A stretch of DNA of 59,904 nt from NCBI RefSeq assembly GCF_000743755.1, contig NW_014569519.1, positions 1-59,904 on the forward strand. The letters are read 5' to 3'. The position numbers and the translations under genes were made by a program. Every line of letters begins with the position of its first letter. The first letter of the stretch is position 1. Shown here one piece after another: positions 51,784 to 59,904 of the stretch. Below the pieces are notes generated by a model, which was not told the origin of the DNA, searched no databases, and saw nothing but the letters and a program-made list of their open reading frames with translations. The DNA is from Blastocystis sp. subtype 4 (Eukaryota).

Positions 51784-52552
51784 TNAAGCAGACACACCTC
51801 CTCCACACACAAGACGGCGAATGGCAAGTTGCTTTCTGGTCATACGATACTGCACAGGAGCCTACACCTCACTCTCAAATCCAACACATTACAGAAGTGC
51901 TCTTAGGAACAGCAGCCTCCTTCACAGTACACATCATCTCAATATGAGCAGGATGTCTCTGGTAAGCTACCTCTTACCTCTCCTCCCTTCTACCTACGTC
52001 CAATACGACCATGAGCACGATAGGTACGACGTCTCATCACAGGAGCATGGTTCACTTGAACATGGTTGATCACCAACTCCTTCACATTCAGTCCCTTCGC
52101 CTCTCCGTTAGCCTTCAGGTTGTTCAGAAGCACAAGGAAGAACTTGCAGGCAGACTCGGGCCATCTACACAGATTTCCAGGAGCCTTCACAAGATGGCCC
52201 TGAGCATGACGACCAATTGAACCATTGTATCTGCGGAAAGCAATCACGTTCTTGTGAGCAATAACATCCTTCAGATACTTCTCAGCCTTCACCAGAGGCA
52301 TTCCCTTGATAGCAGCACCAACCTCATGAGCATTCTTGAAGTGAACAGTTAGGTAGGAACCACGAGTGTGACAACCTACGTTTAGAAACAAACCAACAAA
52401 CCAAGGTACTCTTAGCGGGATTCACAGGAGTAGTACTACATTCATCGTTAAGAAACAATCATCATATACACAAATCATCAATGGGCATGTATTCAACCAT
52501 AGTAAACCATTTGAACGAAACAAGAACACCATTCCTACCTGTATTTGACCAT
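51784..52552 (-). CDS. RPL17: 60S ribosomal protein L17 (uL22)
   Basis: MVKYS|TTPVNPAK...HFKNAHE...RRRTYRAHGRI. The stop codon contains an N. Confidence 0.93.
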
Positions 52553-52723
52553 AATTCAATGCACAGAACCCTGGGGTTGCAAATATGGCCATGAAGAAAG
52601 GAAGCGATGAAACGGGAATAAGTGAGTTATGGGCATTCTTAATGATACCGGATCACTGAACATATGGCAACAGAAATAGGGTCAATTTGTGTATTCCATA
52701 GATAGCTCAGATTTGTGATGTTC

Positions 52724-54119
52724 ATGGAAAAGGATCCGATTGACATCGACAAGGAGGAGAAGAAACGTATCAAAAAGGAGTTGGTTGAACAGAAACGGTT
52801 GGAAAAGTAATGAAATGGAAGATGTGCTAAGATACAGATACAAACATATTAAACGGAAGACAAAGGCCCGTACACGCGAACACATGTTTAATTTTTGGAT
52901 GGTGAGTGATGTTCAGCAAAAAGAAACGAAAAGAGTTTGCTCAATTGCGCGATAAAGAATGTGAAGGTATGACAATGGAGGAAAGAGAAGAATGGATGCG
53001 GAAAATGAGGGAACAGAGTGAACGTTGATTGAAGGGTTTTACGATAGAAGAAGAACGCAAGCAGCAAATGTGGGATGCTCTGGCTACCGGACAGCGTATT
53101 GCAATTGATATTCATTATCAAGATCAAATGACTTCTGTGGTATGCAATAGGACGTTGGTTGTTACTCGTAGGAGCAGTCGAGTGTTATCCGTCAGCTGGG
53201 TCTTTGCCATCGAGCCAATAAGGATGCAAAAACTCATGTGTCACTCCATGTCTGTGGTTCTGTAACAAATGGATAGAAGAATGAATTATAGACTCCCGAA
53301 ACCAATACGGCAATGCACTCCTTCGGAGCTCATAAGTGGCCGATGACCTTCCATCAAGAGAGCATGTAGTGGTTATCAAGAATCCTTAGAGAGTAGAGAA
53401 GAAGTGTTTTCTGTCAACGAATTGGTCTATCTGTCTCCTGATGCAGATGAAGTTTTGGATACTATCGATACATCTAAGGTGTATGTGATTGGAGGCCTTG
53501 TCGACCGATCGATAGCCAAGAACCAGTCACTGAATCGAGCTATGGCTCTGGGTATTCAATGTGTTCGTTTGCCTCTAGCAGAGTATTATCCAGAGTGTTT
53601 GCATCGAGGTAGGTCTGATCAATGAATCATAAAGCAGTACTGAATATCAACACCTTGGTAGAGATGATCATTGCATATGCAGAAACTCATGATTGGAGAC
53701 AGACATTTGAACGATGTATCCCAATTCGGAAAGTCCGTGTAACGGATGAAACGGGGAATAACTTTGATTATCACAATGTAACGTCTGTAACTCAGTTGGA
53801 AGCGATTAGTGAATATCGGATCAATCGCTATGAAATGAAGCATGCACTTCATATATACTGTGAGAAACACTCCATCTCATATGCTTTTGAGAACCGAGAG
53901 ATATCCTATGAAGAGTATGAGAAAGAGAATTCGGAAGAACCGAAATCGGTTCCTTTTTTGCGATTTGAAGCTACTGTGTCTTTGGATGGCAAGGTTGTGG
54001 GAACAGGACGGGGCAAGAGTCAGCGAGCTGCTCAAGGTCGTGCTTCATGGTATGCCTTGGTACATTTGGGTGAAATCCAACTAGAGGAAAAGAGAAAGGA
54101 AATGGATTCAAATGATTAG
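52724..54119 (+). CDS. TRM10: Trm10-family tRNA m1G9 methyltransferase with C-terminal dsRNA-binding domain; start approximate
   Basis: RIAID, LVYLSPDAD, VYVIGGLVDRS, RLPL and VLNIN (Trm10). KHALHIYC...FEATVSLDGK..GTGRGKSQRAAQGRASWYAL (dsRBD). Confidence 0.85.
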
Positions 54120-54139
54120 TGGTCTGTTTTCCAAGAAAC

Positions 54140-54921
<782 letters not shown>

Positions 54922-55142
54922 ATTAATATAGTGATAACCAAAACGCCGTCTTCCAGTTATTGAGTTGATTATACATATCAAGGACCACTGTTCATCGTTC
55001 ATTCAGCCATACACTTCTGTCCGCAGGTTTCTGCTTAATCTGACTCAGTAGGATTTGATCTATTTTGTGTTGTGGGTCCATTTCAATGGATAAGTTCTTC
55101 TGGAATAGGTGATTCTAACAGAAGTGTAGGTGATCATTAATT

Positions 55143-55568
55143 ATGCCCATGTTCGAAGGAATGTCTACTATTGAGAAGGAGGAGCTTATTGTTTCTCTTG
55201 CTACTCTCATCTGCGCTGATGCTAAGGTGGAGGTCACCGTAACGCTATCTATATGTCTGCTGAGTACCTAGAAGGAGAACCTTGACAAGTTGGTGAAGGA
55301 GTCTGGAAACAAGATCGCTCCTTACTGGACGGCTGTTTTCGCTGCTAACTGCAACGGAAAGGATATCCTGGATCTTCTTGCTGCTCCTGGTAGAGTTTGT
55401 GAGATGTCTCTTAGTGTAGGTGCTGGCGCTGCCGCTGCTCCTGCTGCTGGTGCTGCTGCTACTGAGGCTGCTCCTGCTGCTGAGGAGAAGAAGGAGGAAG
55501 AGGAAGAGGAGGAAGACATTGATATGTCTGGAGGTGGTCTCTTCGGAGATGATGACGACGACTGGTAA
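55143..55568 (+). CDS. RPLP1: 60S acidic ribosomal protein P1
   Basis: [11 protein letters not shown]...[10 protein letters not shown], Ala-rich hinge, [22 protein letters not shown]. Confidence 0.88.
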
Positions 55569-55794
55569 AGTGCTTAATGTGTCACTGTTTGGACAGTCCT
55601 TATTGTTTGTTCTAAACGTTGTTGTGCTTTGTCTATGGAATAGTATTGAGAGTGCCCTAGATGTGTATTCTGATGACTAGAAAATAAGGGGTCATATAGG
55701 GAGTATAGACCCTATCATGGTATAATTAGGGTCAATAATGTGGAGATGAGCATTTCATCATATTCTTAGTAATCGAATCAACAAATCATCTGCC

Positions 55795-56416
55795 ATGCCT
55801 GCTAATACTGCTCCGTAGGAGAGGAATCGATCTGTGATTGTTTTGTAGTGTTGACAACTTTGATGAAACCATTAAGGATCTGGCTCCTAAGGGATTCAAT
55901 GCCGGACACCGTAGGACCATTCCATGTGGTTGTGTTATGTATAGAGGTTTGTTTCGCAACGGTTGCTCTGATTGCCAGCGCCGTCCCTGCTTATCTTTTC
56001 ACTAGCAAGTTCTTCAGTGTCAGCTTGTCTGTATACTTCTTATAGGTTGTTTGAGTTCTAGTACTTCCCTGTGTTCATTGGAGTTACTCTTGTGTGCACC
56101 ATCCTTCTGACTATTTCCTATAACAAACTGGCCTCACAGGAGTTTGGACGTGTGGTGTTGAGAAAGTGGGTTCTTTCTACAGTGTCTGATCATTAGGAAG
56201 ACATTCAGTGAGGAGCCAGACGAGGCTGCTTCTAGAAAGGAAGCTGTTTCGTATGCCATGTTTATCACCAACTTGATCTTCGAGGTGAGCGTGTTCCTGC
56301 TTTCCTTTGTTATTCTTCCCCGCATCAACATTGACATCCCTACTTATGCTGTGTATGTATTGGTTGCTGGACTCTCTGGTGCCCTCACCTTTGGATTCAG
56401 TTACGGACTGATCTAA
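55795..56416 (+). CDS. SSR3: Translocon-associated protein gamma-like
   Basis: Four TM segments; SAVPAYLF...ISYNKLA...EAVSYAMFITNLIF...SFVILP. Confidence 0.65.
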
Positions 56417-56479
56417 GCTTCGTGCTCTTGGGATAAATATGCTTTGTGACATGAGTTGTTGTGTTTGTTGGAAACAGGA

Positions 56480-57625
56480 GAACGAATGATGCTTTCCATC
56501 TCACGACCACCCTCAACACTATCATAGTCATGCCAATACTTCCGAAGATAATACGTCAGGTAAATATTTGATGTATTCATGATGGTCTCCTCCACTCGTT
56601 TGTTGATGAAATCAGTCTTTTCCTGTTCAGATACGTCTTTCAGAAGATTCTTTCTCTTTACATCCTTCAGTACTTCCCATTTGCACATTTCATATCGCAT
56701 AATAACGATGTCACCTCTCAGGAAACTGAAGTGCATCATGCTACAAAATAGAGTCAGATACTACAAATTAATCTCTTCTACCAGTATCACTTCCGACAGA
56801 CCCCGACAGAAATGAATAAACTTACATCGGGGGTAATAACGCAGAATAGTCACTACTTGGCATTTAATAACAATCTATACTTGCAGTATTTAATGGATCT
56901 TGGTACAAAAAGCAATTGTCTTCACTCGTCCAGTGGAAACATTCGTCCATGGAGAGTAACTCAACCGCGCATCCAGGTACATAGTACAATGAGCCAAAGA
57001 GAATACAAGAGATCCAAGAGATAGAAATCAGTACAATCTTGGCATTCTTCATCTTGGACCAAGGAGATTTCAGAAACATAAAGGAAAGAAAGGAATCTAC
57101 TGCATATGCTAAGTTTCCTAATACACATAATCGCGTTGTAGACTAGAAATCAGTTGAGGATAAAAACACTTACTCGTTCATGAATCCCAGGATAGTGTAA
57201 AAGGTCATAGATACTAGCTGTGACAAACGATATAGCACAGGAACATTGTGTCATACACATGATTCCATGGAGTACTACGAAGATACCATACAAATAGATA
57301 TTCTTGATTACATATCTTCCATACCGTATGTTCGTATCCATATAATACATAGAATAGACCATCCATGGGAAAACCGCAATAAAGGTACTAATTTCAAAAA
57401 TCAATTTGTTAAATCCTTCTCTCCCCACTTCCGAAATATATGGAAATGGGCAACCCCCTTGATATCTACATTGTTACATGAGTATCTTTCTCACTGGTTT
57501 GTCACGGCGCTGTTAATGTTAATCATGATCTGTGGTAACAGGAGAGAAATAGCAGTGATATATCCTCCATTGACTTCAGAAAAGTAAATGGCCTTGCGTA
57601 CAAGACAAAGTAATGGAAACACCAT
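56480..57625 (-). CDS. Hypothetical multi-pass membrane protein; ends approximate
   Basis: Hydrophobic minus-strand exons separated by ~30-nt GT-AG introns. Confidence 0.45.
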
Positions 57626-58542
57626 CTAAATGACGCGAATATAGGCAATACGAAACGAAAAAAAACAAGAAAAACAAATCATGATTGATTAGTAGGCAAA
57701 AGTTTTGTATGTTTTTCAAAAAACTCTTCTCAGTCTGATGTTGACATTTATCGTTCTATTTTCTTTTTCTGTAATAATAGACTTCTTCTTGATGAATGTG
57801 CATTGTACTCAATTGGAGCTGTTATATCTATTCTATACTTTTGTATCCAATTTCATGCGACTAAAGTCTGTAAGCATAGGTTTTAAGTTGTATAATAATC
57901 GAAGGTTGCTAGTTCACGTACCACTGAACATGTGGCCCTCAACTCTTGCTTGTTGAACAGGTACTCCAATTTCTTATTCATACAGATACCTAAGAATACA
58001 TCGCCATTTTGTATCTGTTGAGTCATTATCGAAAGGATTTGTATCTCTTCCATGTTTTGATCATCGATTTGAAAGACCGTTAATAGTGTACATGCATAGT
58101 TCAGAATAAGAATTCGCACACTCGAAACACACACAGCAAGTGCCTAATCCCTTTTCCAGAGATAGTGATGATGTAGTCGCTGAAGACTCAGTCGTAATCT
58201 CCAATTATGTGCTATGATATGCTCACCGAATCTTCAAAAAAACGTGATTATCAACCTACTGTGGTGATGTGGTTCCTACAACTCATCGTTACATCGATAT
58301 CTGTTTAACCGAAAATAGTTTGTGTAATGAATAATCAGATTTCAAGGTAAACGGATCAAATACCTTCAATTCTAATGGCTAGGAAATTTATAGAGTGAAA
58401 AGGAAGGCGACTCAGGATAATAACGGAGAATGCAATCAGCGAGTTAATAATTGATGAAACAAGAGATAATATAGGACCATTTGTATTATGACCAAACTAT
58501 CTCTACGATTGTATTCTGTTTTCTTTTTACCAGTATTATAGG

Positions 58543-59904
58543 ATGAGGCTATTCATAGCTATTGCTTTCTTACTTAGTCTTGGTAATATTCAAATTTGGG
58601 TTTTATTGTAGCACTATCTTGTGAGAGTGGTTTTATGAATGTTAAGTTTACGAAAGTTTCTGGTAGCTCTCGTTGTAGTCTTCGATTGAGCGATCTATCA
58701 ATGAAAACCACTGGTCTTGTTCTATTAGATAAGATCACTTCTGAGCATTTGTATTGTCTCAACCCTGGTTACTATTATATTGGCTGTGATGGCCCTGCTG
58801 TTATTAATGTCCAGTATGTGGATGCTACTCCTGGTAATGAGTACAATGTGGACCATGATCTCACTGCGTCTCCTTACTGGAAGGTTTTGCAGTTGCAGCA
58901 GACTGAGGAACACTGGACTTCCGTTCCTGAGTCTCACAAGAAGCCTGATTTCGATAAGAGCAAGCCCATTACTGGCAAGCCTGCTTATCCTACAGATCCT
59001 ACGAATCACAAGTCAGATTTCACTTGTGATGAGGACGGTTATCTGAAGTACCTGAGCAAGTGGGATCCCAAGATTAAATGTTCAAGTCGTGATGTAACAA
59101 CTTCAGAGTTCAGAGTTCGTCTTGAATATTTCATTAACTCATGCTACATGATCCATGACTGGAACATGCGTGATAAGTATGAGATGGAGTTCACTTTCTA
59201 TGCTGATTGGCATCCTGATGAGTTCGAGGAGATCACTACTACCAAGCAGAGATACTCTGGAATTAAGACTCCTGTTCCTTCAGTGATTCCTGTGTACAAC
59301 AACTCGAATCTCCGTTATCTGATGCCCTCAATGGATCCTTGTGATGATGTGTTTGAATCTCGTCGTCTGGAGGAGAATACTCTTCGTGAGTACATCTGTA
59401 AGCCTCAGAACTGTTCTGTCACTTGGGCTTTCGCTACCACAATGTCAATTGAGTATGCTATCAAGAAGCTGTACCTTGAGGAGTATGATCAGATTGTGGA
59501 GGTTGCTCTGTCTGCTCAAGAACTGATTGATTGTGTTGGTAAGGAACATGATGTGAGTGGAAAGGTGTGTGATGGTTTGCCAATTGCTTGGGCTTTCGAT
59601 TACATCTTTGAGAATGGTATTGCTTACAGAGAGTTCTATCATCATACCAACAAGGAGGAGGAGTGTCAGGTGGTTGATGATAACCAGAAGTATCATATTG
59701 CTGGATATGAGAAGCCTACTGGTACAACAAATTGGGTCTGTTTGATTTGGTGATGAAGGGACCAACTGCTGTGACTCTAGGTCTGGATCCTGAGTACTTC
59801 CAATTCTATCGTAATGATCGTGAGGAAGGTCCTTACTTCGATACTGCCTTCTGGAGACCTTCTGTGTATGGTGTTGTGGTTGAGTATCTCCAGTATGCTG
59901 TGGA
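58543..59904 (+). CDS. Secreted papain-family (C1A) protease homologue with I29-like prodomain; catalytic residues replaced; apparent frameshift near 59722; runs off the window
   Basis: Signal exon; EFRVRLEYFINS...FTFYADWHPDEF prodomain; NCSVTWAFA, LSAQELIDC, CDGLP..AFDYI.ENGI. The GPTAV...FQFY continuation is in another frame. Confidence 0.78.

Noticed and set aside
52436..52538. Possible intronic C/D snoRNA in RPL17 (and RPS25) long introns
   Set aside because: C-box-like TGATGA is present, but there is no CTGA D box or terminal stem.
57700..58500. Short ORFs on both strands between the membrane protein and the protease
   Set aside because: I could not build a consistent spliced model or recognise a motif.

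Overview
This window is gene-dense eukaryotic nuclear DNA. It holds about 40 protein genes and one tRNA-Ser, has intergenic gaps of about 50-300 bp, and most introns are tiny (about 24-35 nt, GT-AG). A TGTTTGTT element follows most genes. That combination points to the anaerobic gut stramenopile Blastocystis (inferred, not searched). I spliced the gene models by eye, so some ends are approximate. The clearest signal is that several genes (POLA2, a WD40 gene, NEDD1-like, MPST, CoADR-rhodanese) have no usable genomic stop where the protein should end. Cleavage 4 nt upstream of the GU-rich element leaves T, TA or TG in frame, and poly(A) completes UAA or UGA. This mechanism is already published for Blastocystis. 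Less expected observations: 40-41 nt minor-spliceosome (U12-type) introns, including candidate AT-AA/AT-AG ends, near the U11/U12 factor ZCRB1; a SANT/Myb domain spliced in frame onto an ABCF ATPase; a Trm10-dsRBD fusion; a bacterial-type CoA-disulfide reductase-rhodanese and an MPST, both with mitochondrial-type presequences; an F-box fused to a degenerate Arf-like domain; a papain-like protein lacking its catalytic Cys and His; meiotic Hop1; and large adhesin-like surface proteins. I saw no CRISPR array, rRNA or mobile element.
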